Below, piece by piece: positions 10,204 through 19,115 of a stretch of 64,000 bases of DNA. Each line of letters opens with the position of its first letter. Positions within the stretch are counted from its first letter, which is position 1. Below the pieces are notes generated by a model that was not told where the DNA came from, did no database searches, and saw only the letters and a list, made by a program, of their open reading frames with translations. Made by a program: the position numbers and the translations under genes. Source of the DNA: Candidatus Levyibacteriota bacterium (GTDB lineage Bacteria > Patescibacteriota > Microgenomatia > Levybacterales > UBA12049); assembly GCA_052034235.1 (NCBI GenBank), contig JBPOIT010000007.1, positions 22,234-86,233 of the forward strand. The letters are read 5' to 3'.

Positions 10204-11091
10204 TCAGATAGTAGCTGGAAGCAAAATGGAAAAGGTTCTGTTTTCACCCATATCTTTCATATTCCATCCTACTTGATTATACTTGTTAAATTCGTCCGTT
10301 CCACTTCTGTTAAAATCGGGTTCTCTTGCTCCATTTATAAGATCAACTAACTCATAGAATTTTTTTGCAGACAATGAAGTGTCATTATGTGCAGGAAATA
10401 CTAATTTTAAATGTCCAATAGACGCAGCTAATTTGTGAACTGAAGGTAAAAACTTTTCATAGTCCGACTCTTTCATGTGTAGGTAGAGTGGTCCCACATA
10501 TAGTGTATCGCCGGTAAATAAATAGCCCGCTTTTTCAAGGTAAAAACTAGAACTGCCCGGCGTGTGGCCAGGAGTGCTTATGACTCTTAATTTATCATTA
10601 CCTAAGTCAATTACATCTCCATCATGAAAAACCTGGAATTCCAATATTCCTGGAACCTCGAAATTTTCTGCTGTGTAAGAAGTGGGAATATCGATATCAA
10701 TAAAATACTCCGAGCTTAATCCAGGCATTTCTCCAGGTTTCCATCCTAAAGATAATCTTGATACTTCGGAGGGTTCATCATTTACTCTCACGTTTGGAAG
10801 GTCAGATGCACCCCCGATATGGTCCCAGTGAGTATGTGTAATTAAAGTTGTTAATTTCCTATTTTGGTTACGTTTGAGGAGCGGTATTGTGGCGCGTATA
10901 TCAGCTAGCCCCATTCCTGAATCTACAAGAATGTCCTGAGCGTTTCCATGTATTAAGTAAGATACAACATCTTGGTCATGATGTGGCTCTCTTATTGCCC
11001 AGACATTCTCTGCTATTTGAGTTGAATGAAACCATTTTTCGGTTTCAAATGGAAATCGACTTTCTTTTTGACGCAAAATTTCACAAGCCAT
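10204..11091 (-). CDS. MBL-fold metallo-hydrolase
   Basis: LVDSG, THTHWDHIGG (HxHxDH), TPGHTPG, FTGDT and PAH. Confidence 0.9.
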   Translation of the reverse strand: MACEILRQKESRFPFETEKWFHSTQIAENVWAIREPHHDQDVVSYLIHGNAQDILVDSGMGLADIRATIPLLKRNQNRKLTTLITHTHWDHIGGASDLPNVRVNDEPSEVSRLSLGWKPGEMPGLSSEYFIDIDIPTSYTAENFEVPGILEFQVFHDGDVIDLGNDKLRVISTPGHTPGSSSFYLEKAGYLFTGDTLYVGPLYLHMKESDYEKFLPSVHKLAASIGHLKLVFPAHNDTSLSAKKFYELVDLINGAREPDFNRSGTDEFNKYNQVGWNMKDMGENRTFSILLPATI

Positions 11092-11237
11092 ACTTCATCA
11101 TAAGTAGATAATACCATTTATACCAACTGACTGTTGATTTTTCAACATACTATTGTTAAATTCATTCCAGGACAAATAGGAATAGCTTTTATTAAAAGGT
11201 GCTTATTAGAATAAATTGAAGCTAAACCGGGAGATGA

Positions 11238-11274
11238 CTTAAAAATCCCCGCATTTCTAAGACAGAAAAATTAA
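11238..11274 (+). repeat. internal att site (copy 2), followed by an alternative ftsZ ending IPAFLRQKN*
   Basis: CTTAAAAAT-CCCCGC-ATTTCTAAG forms near-perfect inverted arms around a 6-bp spacer. Confidence 0.85.
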
Positions 11275-11300
11275 AGCTAAATAGCTCATACAGCTAAACA

Positions 11301-11330
11301 AGAGAAGCGCCCACGAGGCGCTTTTTTCTT
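11301..11330 (+). terminator. intrinsic terminator after att copy 2
   Basis: AAGCGCC-CACGA-GGCGCTT followed by TTTTCTT. Confidence 0.8.
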
Positions 11331-11384
11331 GGCTTTCAAAGTACGGTTACATATTAACGGATAAGGTTAATAACCGTCAAGCGT

Positions 11385-11537
11385 ATGAGCAAACAAAAAA
11401 CTGATCGAAATCAAGAAATCTACAAAAAGCATAAGCAAGGTAAATCTACTTATGCCCTCTCATTTGAGTATCAGATCACTCAACCTGCAATCTTCAAGAT
11501 TATCAAAAGGGAAGAAAAGAAGGAGGCAAAACTATGA
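11385..11537 (+). CDS. 50-aa HTH protein (Mor-like; candidate Cro or excisionase), not in the ORF track
   Basis: MSKQKTDRNQEIYKKHKQGKSTYALSFEYQITQPAIFKIIKREEKKEAKL. Its stop overlaps the next start (ATGA). Confidence 0.7.
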   Translation: MSKQKTDRNQEIYKKHKQGKSTYALSFEYQITQPAIFKIIKREEKKEAKL

Positions 11538-12148
11538 CCGACTTTGCTCAACCCCAACCATTTGTAAGTTCCAGAGTCAAAAGACTGAAAAGGAGAGCTT
11601 TTATGAGAAAAATCTATCCAATACTCCTATTTTTAGCAATTCTTCTTATTATTGCTTTTCTCTTTAATCACAAAGGAGAGATTGTTAGCTCAGTTTCTAA
11701 TGTAAAAGTAGAAGCTGTACACGCTCAAGAAACTGCTTCAGCTTCGGCTACTCCTGTAATTATTGTTGAAGAAGATAAAAGAATTGCTCTTCTCGAAGAC
11801 TTTTTGACTAAAAAAGATTCTCCTCTTGCTTCGTATTCTAAGTACTTTATTGAGACTGCAGATAAATATGGTTTGGATTGGACATTAATGCCTGCAATCT
11901 CAGGAATTGAGTCAAATTTCGGAAAAAGAATGCCTGAAGGATCAAATAATCCTTTTGGGCTTGGAGGCGGAAAACTGATGTCATTTCCGGCATTATATGA
12001 CTCTATAGAGTACGAGGGAAAGCTCCTGTCCCAACATTACAAGTTAGCAGCCAACCACGCCATCGGATCTATTTACTGCCCAACGACTGAATGTAATCAG
12101 AATTGGGCTTTTATTGTTACAAATTTCTCGGAGGAGATATTGAACTAA
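11534..12148 (+). CDS. membrane-anchored lysozyme/transglycosylase-like protein
   Basis: N-terminal TM helix. ADKYGLDWTLMPAISGIESNFGK is an SLT-like catalytic helix, followed by NNPFG. Has an AGGAGG RBS. Confidence 0.6.
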   Translation: MTDFAQPQPFVSSRVKRLKRRAFMRKIYPILLFLAILLIIAFLFNHKGEIVSSVSNVKVEAVHAQETASASATPVIIVEEDKRIALLEDFLTKKDSPLASYSKYFIETADKYGLDWTLMPAISGIESNFGKRMPEGSNNPFGLGGGKLMSFPALYDSIEYEGKLLSQHYKLAANHAIGSIYCPTTECNQNWAFIVTNFSEEILN

Positions 12149-12150
12149 CT

Positions 12151-12369
12151 ATGATACGACGCAGATTTTCAAAACCAAGATCAAATATGTCCGGACTCGC
12201 TTCTTATATGCCAACACCTGAGAGGGATTGGTGCAGAAATAAGGGCTGTTTAAAAACCGTCAGTATGAAAGTCGCAAAGTTTTCAAAAGAAAAATTAGGA
12301 GTAGTACTTTGCTGGGATTGTCAAAGATTAGATCCCGAAGAAAGGAGCGTAGTTAAAGATGACGAGTAA
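12151..12369 (+). CDS. small Cys-rich (Zn-finger-like) phage protein
   Basis: CRNKGC...CWDCQ, within an overlapping operon. Confidence 0.55.
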   Translation: MIRRRFSKPRSNMSGLASYMPTPERDWCRNKGCLKTVSMKVAKFSKEKLGVVLCWDCQRLDPEERSVVKDDE

Positions 12370-12589
12370 TTATTGTGTCTATTGTGGGGAAAAGAAAGCA
12401 GTGAAGCTCTGGAAAGAAACAAACGAGTACGTTTGTTTATCATGCAGACTTTCTTTGCTCGCTCAGGAATTTGAAGGAACAGAGAGCAAAGAGGAATGCG
12501 GCTTAGTTCAGTATTGGAGCGAATTATTAAATGCCGATGTAAAAGTTACCAAGTTTGATGAGAAAGGAGAAAAATATGCAACCGAGTGA
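12359..12589 (+). CDS. small Zn-finger phage protein
   Basis: CVYC...CLSC, with an AAGGAG RBS. Confidence 0.55.
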   Translation: MTSNYCVYCGEKKAVKLWKETNEYVCLSCRLSLLAQEFEGTESKEECGLVQYWSELLNADVKVTKFDEKGEKYATE

Positions 12590-12872
12590 AATAAAACTAG
12601 AGGAATTTAACAATTGTCCTGGTGTTGCTGCTCTAAAACAGTATCTCTATAAGCACAATTTAAATCCTTATTTTGAAATTGTCGATATAGATGAGGGAAG
12701 GTCTTATGGTTACAAAAATGATCTGGACACATTGGTCATTTCAATTTTACCTGGACCAACTGAAGCGCAAGTCGCACTAGCTATTGGAGCAATGGCAGTT
12801 GAGCTTAGTGCCGACGAATTTAACTGGAAAGCCATAGATGGAAAATATTTAGTCCGTTTATGGTGGGATTAA
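12576..12872 (+). CDS. hypothetical phage protein
   Basis: Has an AAGGAG RBS and ends RLWWD. Confidence 0.6.
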   Translation: MQPSEIKLEEFNNCPGVAALKQYLYKHNLNPYFEIVDIDEGRSYGYKNDLDTLVISILPGPTEAQVALAIGAMAVELSADEFNWKAIDGKYLVRLWWD

Positions 12873-12905
12873 AAATTAAATTTTGAAAGGAGGTGAAAAA
12901 AATAT

Positions 12906-13727
12906 ATGGAACTCAGAAAAGCACAAAAAAGTAAAAGCAAACTAAGAATAGGGATCGCCGGAACTTCAGGTTCTGGAAAAACTTATTCTGCGCTTCTTTT
13001 GGCAAGTGGCATGACGTCTTGGGACAAAATCTGCGTGATTGATACCGAAAACGGATCAGCAGATTTATACGATGGTCTTGGAGAATATAACGTCATTACT
13101 CTAAAAGCTCCCTTTGCTCCGGAACGCTATATCGAGGCAATTAAAACAGCCGAAGATGCAGGAATGGAAGTCATTATTGTTGACTCTATTACTCATGAAT
13201 GGGATGGCGAAGGAGGGTGTTTAGAGATTGTCGATAAGCTTGGTGGTCGCTATCAAGATTGGGGAAAAGTAACCCCACGACACCAAAAGTTCATTCAGTC
13301 AATTCTTCAATCAACAGCTCATGTCATAACAACTGTTCGCAAGAAACAGGACTATGCAATGACTCAGGATACAAACGGGCGATTGAAGGTTGAAAAGAAA
13401 GGACTCAAGGAAATAACCAGAGAAGGGTTTGAGTACGAGCTGACGCTTTCGTTTGATGTTGGTCAAAATCACTTGGCTAATACTTCCAAAGACAGAACCG
13501 GTCTTTTTATGGATAAGCCTGAATTTCTGATTACAACAGAAACAGGAAAAACCGTTAAAAACTGGGCTGAAAAAGGAGTAGAGCCGGAACCAATAGCAAA
13601 AACAGAAACAGTCGTAAATCATCCTGCCCCACAAGAGCAGGCTGAAATCTCCCCTGTTTCTGGCAAGTGTCAGTATTGTGGAACAACCAATAAGTATCAC
13701 AAGAAGGGTTGTCCAAACGCAGTTTGA
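12906..13727 (+). CDS. AAA_24/Sak4-like recombination ATPase
   Basis: GTSGSGKT Walker A, IDTE, IVDSITHEW, YELT and KDRT. Has an AGGAGGTG RBS. Confidence 0.8.
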   Translation: MELRKAQKSKSKLRIGIAGTSGSGKTYSALLLASGMTSWDKICVIDTENGSADLYDGLGEYNVITLKAPFAPERYIEAIKTAEDAGMEVIIVDSITHEWDGEGGCLEIVDKLGGRYQDWGKVTPRHQKFIQSILQSTAHVITTVRKKQDYAMTQDTNGRLKVEKKGLKEITREGFEYELTLSFDVGQNHLANTSKDRTGLFMDKPEFLITTETGKTVKNWAEKGVEPEPIAKTETVVNHPAPQEQAEISPVSGKCQYCGTTNKYHKKGCPNAV

Positions 13728-13808
13728 GTCTTGCAGCTGTCTTCCTACCGACTGAGTGGAAGGCGGCTAGAGGATTTAAATAAAAATTAAAAAGTAAATA
13801 TCTGTCCT

Positions 13809-14300
13809 ATGCCCAAGAATGCTGTTTTATCAATTTGGTACAACAAGAAACCTTACCGACAAGGTAAGTTCTACGGGGTCGGCAAAAAATATTACTACAT
13901 TGCAAATATCGATGACGCAAAGCTTTTTAGAAAATTTAATGGTTATGCCATCGCTAAGAGGCTTCTTGATAAGTTTTCAGAATTAAAAATAAGAAACCTC
14001 ACAATTATCTATAGATATGTAGAGCGAAATACTATTTATCTTACAAAGCCTTCGGTATTTAAAACAAAAGGAATTCTCGTTGCATTTGGCGGACATAGCC
14101 AATATGTATTGCCCCTGAAAAATTGGAAAGCACATCAGACAGATTTTAAAGAAGATCCAAAAGATTTACCTGTTATAGATCTTGAGAAATGGGGAAAAGA
14201 GGAAGTCGAGTATATCTATAAAGGTAATGTTGCGGTCACTGTCACCAAAGAAGTTATGCGGGAAAGTTTAGTTCCTACTCAACAGAGGTTACTTATATGA
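13809..14300 (+). CDS. hypothetical phage protein
   Basis: 163-aa ORF coupled to the next gene. Confidence 0.55.
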   Translation: MPKNAVLSIWYNKKPYRQGKFYGVGKKYYYIANIDDAKLFRKFNGYAIAKRLLDKFSELKIRNLTIIYRYVERNTIYLTKPSVFKTKGILVAFGGHSQYVLPLKNWKAHQTDFKEDPKDLPVIDLEKWGKEEVEYIYKGNVAVTVTKEVMRESLVPTQQRLLI

Positions 14301-15124
14301 AATGGTTTAAACACGATACCAATACATTTTCGAATCCCAAAATAGAAATGCTGAAAGAAAAGCATGGAGTAGCCGGTTATGGTGTCTATTTCCAGTTAGT
14401 AGAGCTGATTGCCTCTGCAGTTGATAAAGAGAACGTTGATGACTGGGGTTATCTGCCGGATGTCTACTCAATGGAATATCTCGCGAAAAAGTTTTGTGTT
14501 GATGGAAACCTCTTAGAAGAAATATTACAAACCTGCATTTCTTTGAAACTTATTGAAAAAAGAAAGGAGAGATTTTTCTGTCCAAAAGTACTAGATCGCT
14601 GCGATGAATTTATTGAAAAAGTAAAAAGGAGTATGTCCGGAGAGAAAAAGGATTCAAACGGGAGTAACTCAGGTTCAAATCCCGAATCAATCGGGACTGA
14701 CTCGGGAGCAAGAAGTAAGAAAGAAGAAACAGAATTAGACGAAGAAGTAGAAGAAGAAAAAGAAAATAAATTAATTACTGGCAAAAGCCCAGAAATTAAA
14801 AAATCTTTAAACTCGATTGGAGCAGTTTTAAAAGACCGATACAGCTTTCCTCCACCTAAGAGCAACGGAATAACAACCCAATGGCAAGATAAAGCTTTTC
14901 GCTATGCGGATAAGCTGCAAATAAAACTCAGCGAAGATTTAAAAGGGCGATGGTTAAAAGTGTTCAAACAAGCGAGTTTAGGGCGTAAGAGCAAGAACTT
15001 AGATCAAGCATATTCTTACCTTGTGGACTATCCAAACCAGTTATCAAGCGAAGAGAAAATTAAATATTTCTTTTACATCTACGAAAACGGATTAAAAGAG
15101 AATTTCGATATAAAACGATTATGA
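14297..15124 (+). CDS. phage replication initiator (DUF4373/Lin1244-like N-terminal HTH)
   Basis: MKWFKHD...PKI...HGVAGYGVYFQLVELIA followed by a low-complexity linker. Confidence 0.7.
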   Translation: MKWFKHDTNTFSNPKIEMLKEKHGVAGYGVYFQLVELIASAVDKENVDDWGYLPDVYSMEYLAKKFCVDGNLLEEILQTCISLKLIEKRKERFFCPKVLDRCDEFIEKVKRSMSGEKKDSNGSNSGSNPESIGTDSGARSKKEETELDEEVEEEKENKLITGKSPEIKKSLNSIGAVLKDRYSFPPPKSNGITTQWQDKAFRYADKLQIKLSEDLKGRWLKVFKQASLGRKSKNLDQAYSYLVDYPNQLSSEEKIKYFFYIYENGLKENFDIKRL

Positions 15125-15240
15125 AATTTTTAATTGAGATCATCAGGTTTTTACAAGATAAGTCAACATGCTGCGGAGCCGATATAGAAGTTTATAGCTG
15201 GAAAAAAGCTTTTTGTTCTAAATGTGGGAGGAAAAATTAA
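15121..15240 (+). CDS. 39-aa Zn-ribbon peptide, not in the ORF track
   Basis: MKFLIEIIRFLQDKSTCCGADIEVYSWKKAFCSKCGRKN, with an ATGA overlap on the upstream stop. Confidence 0.55.
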   Translation: MKFLIEIIRFLQDKSTCCGADIEVYSWKKAFCSKCGRKN

Positions 15241-15244
15241 GCCT

Positions 15245-15541
15245 ATGCGAATGCAAACTATTAAAGTCTATGTTCAGCATGTCTCTATTGACGCTTTAGA
15301 AGAATCGGGATGGGAATTAGGAGATGGTGGATTTCAAGCAGAGAATGCAGCAAGTTTTATTCAAAATGATTGGCTTTTTAAATGTTTAACAAAACGACAA
15401 AGATCAGTAGCAGAATTATTAACGGAAGGATACACAAGAAGGGAAACGGCGGAAAAACTAGACGTTTCTCTTCAGGCGGTTCATCAGATAGTACTCAGAA
15501 TGAGAAGCCGGTTGAAGTTAAAAGGCAAATTAAAGATGTAG
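15245..15541 (+). CDS. sigma70 region-4/LuxR-like HTH protein, candidate late-gene activator
   Basis: LTKRQRSVAELLTEGYTRRETAEKLDVSLQAVHQIVLRMR. Lies just before the packaging genes. Confidence 0.7.
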   Translation: MRMQTIKVYVQHVSIDALEESGWELGDGGFQAENAASFIQNDWLFKCLTKRQRSVAELLTEGYTRRETAEKLDVSLQAVHQIVLRMRSRLKLKGKLKM

Positions 15542-15543
15542 TA

Positions 15544-15732
15544 ATGAAAGGCGATATGGAATTAATAAAAAATGTTGTTTATCTCTACTTCCTATTTAAT
15601 CCGGGAGCAAAACCCAGATCTATTTTTATGAAATGGTATAACCATTCGGTTTTAGCTGATTATACTAGACCAGAACTTAGCAGATTAAGGAGGTGGATAA
15701 CTGAATTTCAGCAAGAAATATATGGAAATTAA
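15544..15732 (+). CDS. hypothetical phage protein
   Basis: 62-aa ORF filling the gap between coupled genes. Confidence 0.45.
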   Translation: MKGDMELIKNVVYLYFLFNPGAKPRSIFMKWYNHSVLADYTRPELSRLRRWITEFQQEIYGN

Positions 15733-16225
15733 ATTAATCGATATAAACACATTAAAAGAATATGATCGCAACCCTCGGAATATTACTGAGGAGGGAATGG
15801 AGCGATTAAAAAAACAGATCAAAAAACTTGGACAGTACAAGCCTCTTATTGTTACTCCTGAAGGAATTATTTTGGGTGGGAACATGAGATACAAAGCGCT
15901 TAAAGAATTAGGAATTGAGAAAGTGTGGGTATCAATTGTTAAACCAACAGATGACAACCAAATGCTTGAGTACTCTTTTTCAGATAACGATAGAGCTGGA
16001 TTCTATGACGAGGGATTACTAGAAAAACTACTGCCCGACTTTGATCTGGATTGGAACGATTATGCAGTCGATTTACTTGAGCCAACACTTATTGCAGACC
16101 TTATGAATAATCCAACAGAAAGCTTTGACCAGAAAAATAAGGAAGTAAATACAGATGGATTAGAAAAAGATTTAAATGCAGAGTGCCCGAAGTGTGGCTT
16201 TAAGTTTAAGTATGAACAAGCATAA
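15722..16225 (+). CDS. ParB/Srx N-terminal domain protein
   Basis: YDRNPR, PLIV and ILGGNMRYKALKELG, with a C-terminal CPKCG. Confidence 0.8.
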   Translation: MEIKLIDINTLKEYDRNPRNITEEGMERLKKQIKKLGQYKPLIVTPEGIILGGNMRYKALKELGIEKVWVSIVKPTDDNQMLEYSFSDNDRAGFYDEGLLEKLLPDFDLDWNDYAVDLLEPTLIADLMNNPTESFDQKNKEVNTDGLEKDLNAECPKCGFKFKYEQA

Positions 16226-17258
16226 ATTTCCTTACAGATGGAATCTTTCAGCCGGTTATCCGGCGGAAGGTATTGACCATCATAAATCGACGGTTCTTAC
16301 AACTTTCGCTTGTGGCGGTGGTTCTTCAATGGGCTATAAGTTAGCCGGTTTTGATGTGATTGGCTGTAATGAAATAGATCCGGAGATGATGCGCCTTTAT
16401 GATGCAAACCATCACCCCAAATATAAGTTTTTAGAAGATATTAGAACATTCAAGAATAGGACCGATTTACCAGAAGAATTTTATAACCTGGATGTATTAG
16501 ATGGTTCCCCACCCTGCTCTGTTTTTAGTATCGCCGGTCAAAGGGAGGATGCTTGGGGTAAGGAAAAGAAGTTTCGAGAGGGACAAGCAGAACAGACATT
16601 AGACGATTTATTTTTCGAATTTATAGATTTAGCAAAGAAGCTTCAGCCAAAAGTAATCATTGCTGAAAATGTCAAAGGGTTACTTCTTGGCAACGCTAAA
16701 GGATATACTCTTGAGATTTTTACTAAATTCTCTCAAGCAGGATATGACATGCAATTATTTCTTCTTAACGCTGCAAGTATGGGAGTGCCGCAATCGCGGG
16801 AACGAGTATTCTTTATTGGAAGTAGAAAAGATTTAACTTTACCAGGGTTGAAACTAGATTTTAAAGAACCATCGATACCTTTTAAAGAAATTAAAACAGA
16901 TGGAGTCGGCGCAAAGCGTTTGAGAGGAAAACTTATGGAGCTTTGGAAGAGAAGGCAGCGTGGAGATTTGGCTATGAGTGATCCTTACGAACGAATGTAT
17001 AAAAAACGATCTTTTTATACTCACCGCTTTATCTATGAACATAAAGTTCTCAGGACCATTATTGCAGCTGACAAGAATATGCTCTTTACCGAGCCACGAC
17101 TATTAAATAAGGAAGAATACTGTTTAGCTTCTTCTTTCCCACTTGATTATAACTTTCTAGGTATGGATGTTCCCTATATTGTCGGAATGTCTGTACCGCC
17201 TCTTATGATGGCTCAGGTAGCCCAAAATGTATATTACCAGTGGCTAAGGAACATATAA
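16212..17258 (+). CDS. DNA (cytosine-5) methyltransferase
   Basis: FACGGG (I), GSPPC (IV), AENV (VI), PQSRERVF (VIII) and GMSVPP (X). Confidence 0.92.
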   Translation: MNKHKFPYRWNLSAGYPAEGIDHHKSTVLTTFACGGGSSMGYKLAGFDVIGCNEIDPEMMRLYDANHHPKYKFLEDIRTFKNRTDLPEEFYNLDVLDGSPPCSVFSIAGQREDAWGKEKKFREGQAEQTLDDLFFEFIDLAKKLQPKVIIAENVKGLLLGNAKGYTLEIFTKFSQAGYDMQLFLLNAASMGVPQSRERVFFIGSRKDLTLPGLKLDFKEPSIPFKEIKTDGVGAKRLRGKLMELWKRRQRGDLAMSDPYERMYKKRSFYTHRFIYEHKVLRTIIAADKNMLFTEPRLLNKEEYCLASSFPLDYNFLGMDVPYIVGMSVPPLMMAQVAQNVYYQWLRNI

Positions 17259-17259
17259 T
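17228..17259 (+). promoter_or_regulatory. degenerate copy of the late-promoter motif
   Basis: TGTATATT-N14-AACATATAAT, with the ATG 8 nt downstream. Confidence 0.5.
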
Positions 17260-17267
17260 TCATATGT

Positions 17268-17795
17268 ATGAAAAATCAACAAAATCAACAGAATCAACAA
17301 AACAAAAAATTAGATGATCTTAATCCTTATGACCAACTCGATACATTTGGAAAACAGATTGTTGATTTAAAACTTGAAGGATGGAAATACAAAAGACTAG
17401 AAAGTGTAACCAAAAAGGAAGAGCAGACAATCCGGACATGGTTCATGACCGGAGGGCAGTATCATGACGCTTTTGAATGGAGACGAGACCAGCTTATTAA
17501 AGAAGCTCTTGAGGAGTTTTCAGAAGCTGAGTTTCATCTTAGACAAGGTGTTGCGGATGCAATTGTGGTCCTTAAAGCAGAAGTTGCTAAGAAAAACTGG
17601 AAGGCAGCAGTCGCGCTCCTTAAAATGGTTGGTTTTAACGTTCAAAAGATTATAAGTGATGATGAAAGTGAAGGAACTATATTGCTCAGAGAGTTAATAA
17701 AAATGAGAAGAAATGAAAAACACAAGTCTCGAAAAACTGTTCAAAATAGGAAACCAGAAAATGGATCTGTCTCCAAATCAAAGGAAGATATTTGA
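17268..17795 (+). CDS. terminase small subunit (putative)
   Basis: HTH-like N-terminus and WKAA motif. Overlaps the large subunit. Confidence 0.65.
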   Translation: MKNQQNQQNQQNKKLDDLNPYDQLDTFGKQIVDLKLEGWKYKRLESVTKKEEQTIRTWFMTGGQYHDAFEWRRDQLIKEALEEFSEAEFHLRQGVADAIVVLKAEVAKKNWKAAVALLKMVGFNVQKIISDDESEGTILLRELIKMRRNEKHKSRKTVQNRKPENGSVSKSKEDI

Positions 17796-19062
17796 TCTTA
17801 TTGTAGATATTGAGCATCCTCGTAACCAGATTATCGCCCCCACGCAGTATGGAAAATCACTAACTGTTGGTCTTGGAGTCCTGCCCTGCGCTTCTATTAT
17901 GGGTGAGAGATTTACGATTTTAGCTCCAACAGAAAAGAAAGCTCAAATCATCATGGGATATATCATAGATCACTCTTTTGATGATCCTATTTTTACTGAA
18001 AGGCTTGAGCTTGATAACAATACTACGCTTGACCGATTAAGAAGAGAGCGATCGAGAACCCACTTAACTTATAAAGGCGGTGGAGGCGTGATGGTCCTAA
18101 CTCTTGATGCCAGAAACCAGAAAAGAAGTATTGAGGCTGCTATGGGATTTGGAGGAAACAGGATTATTTTAGATGAAAGTTCATTAATTGATGATCCTCT
18201 GTATGCAACAGTAAAAAGAATGCTTGGAGGCTATAAATACCAGGACACTTTTCTTCTTGAGATCGGAAATCCCTTTTATCGCAACCATTTCTATAGAACT
18301 TGGCATGATGACAGGTATAACAAGATCTTTATTGATTACAAGATAGCTTTAGAAGAAGGTCGGTATTCAGAAGAGTTTATAGATGAGATGCGCCAGGAAG
18401 CTTTTTTTGACATTTTTTATGAATGTAAGTTCCCTGATGAGGATATGCTTGATGAGAGAGGCTATAGAAATCTTATTACCCACGAGAAGCTAGAAGGCTC
18501 CTTTACGACTGATATTACTGAAGGCGATGGTAAGCTAAAGCTAGGCGTAGATATTGGCGGTGGTGGGGATTACAACGTCTATGTGCTCCGAAATCAAGAT
18601 GCGGCATGGATAGAATCAAAAAACAAGTCAAACGATACAATGAGCAATGTTTCTGAGGTGCAAAGAATATTAAGAGAGCATCCTAATCTTAGAGCTGAAG
18701 ATGTCTTCATTGATGATATTGGTATTGGTAGAGGTGTTTCTGATCGATTAAGGGAACTCGAAATTTCGGTTAATGGTGTATCTGTTGGAGAGAGGCCACA
18801 AGATACAACAAAATACAAAAATATTAAGGCGGAAGCATACTGGTTACTCAAGGTATGGCTTGATGCTGGTGGGAAACTGGCAAAAGAAGAAGGGTTTAAG
18901 CAATTAACCTGGATGAAATACAAAGTGAATACCGATAAGGTTTTACAGATCGAGCCAAAAGACGAGTTAAAAAAGAGGACCGGCAAATCACCAGATTATG
19001 CGGATGCTTTAATGCTGACATTTACTCCCCAACCACCTGAGCCTTCAGTTTCTTGGATATAA
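17713..19062 (+). CDS. terminase large subunit
   Basis: APTQYGKS Walker A, IILDES Walker B, GNP, and nuclease motifs GVDIG, IDDIGIG and SPDYADAL. Confidence 0.92.
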   Translation: MKNTSLEKLFKIGNQKMDLSPNQRKIFDLIVDIEHPRNQIIAPTQYGKSLTVGLGVLPCASIMGERFTILAPTEKKAQIIMGYIIDHSFDDPIFTERLELDNNTTLDRLRRERSRTHLTYKGGGGVMVLTLDARNQKRSIEAAMGFGGNRIILDESSLIDDPLYATVKRMLGGYKYQDTFLLEIGNPFYRNHFYRTWHDDRYNKIFIDYKIALEEGRYSEEFIDEMRQEAFFDIFYECKFPDEDMLDERGYRNLITHEKLEGSFTTDITEGDGKLKLGVDIGGGGDYNVYVLRNQDAAWIESKNKSNDTMSNVSEVQRILREHPNLRAEDVFIDDIGIGRGVSDRLRELEISVNGVSVGERPQDTTKYKNIKAEAYWLLKVWLDAGGKLAKEEGFKQLTWMKYKVNTDKVLQIEPKDELKKRTGKSPDYADALMLTFTPQPPEPSVSWI

Positions 19063-19075
19063 CGTTTCCCACAAA

Positions 19076-19107
19076 TGTATAAGTATTCTCCATTTCGTCA
19101 ATAGAAT
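19076..19107 (+). promoter_or_regulatory. late-promoter motif copy
   Basis: TGTATAAG-N14-TCAATAGAAT. Confidence 0.8.
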
Positions 19108-19115
19108 TGTTGGGT

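Larger units (their letters stand above)
10127..11255. mobile_element. 1.1 kb att-flanked cassette carrying one MBL-fold gene (non-autonomous element or remnant)
   Basis: Bounded by a 22-bp direct repeat 1118 bp apart. No recombinase gene inside. Confidence 0.7.

Noticed and set aside
10204-11091. Antibiotic-resistance metallo-beta-lactamase
   Set aside because: It has no signal peptide and only generic MBL-fold motifs, so substrate cannot be inferred.
11215-11274. Second FtsZ-tail peptide ORF (IEAKPGDDLKIPAFLRQKN) at att copy 2
   Set aside because: It has an in-frame stop just upstream and no ATG, GTG or TTG start, so it is treated as att sequence only.
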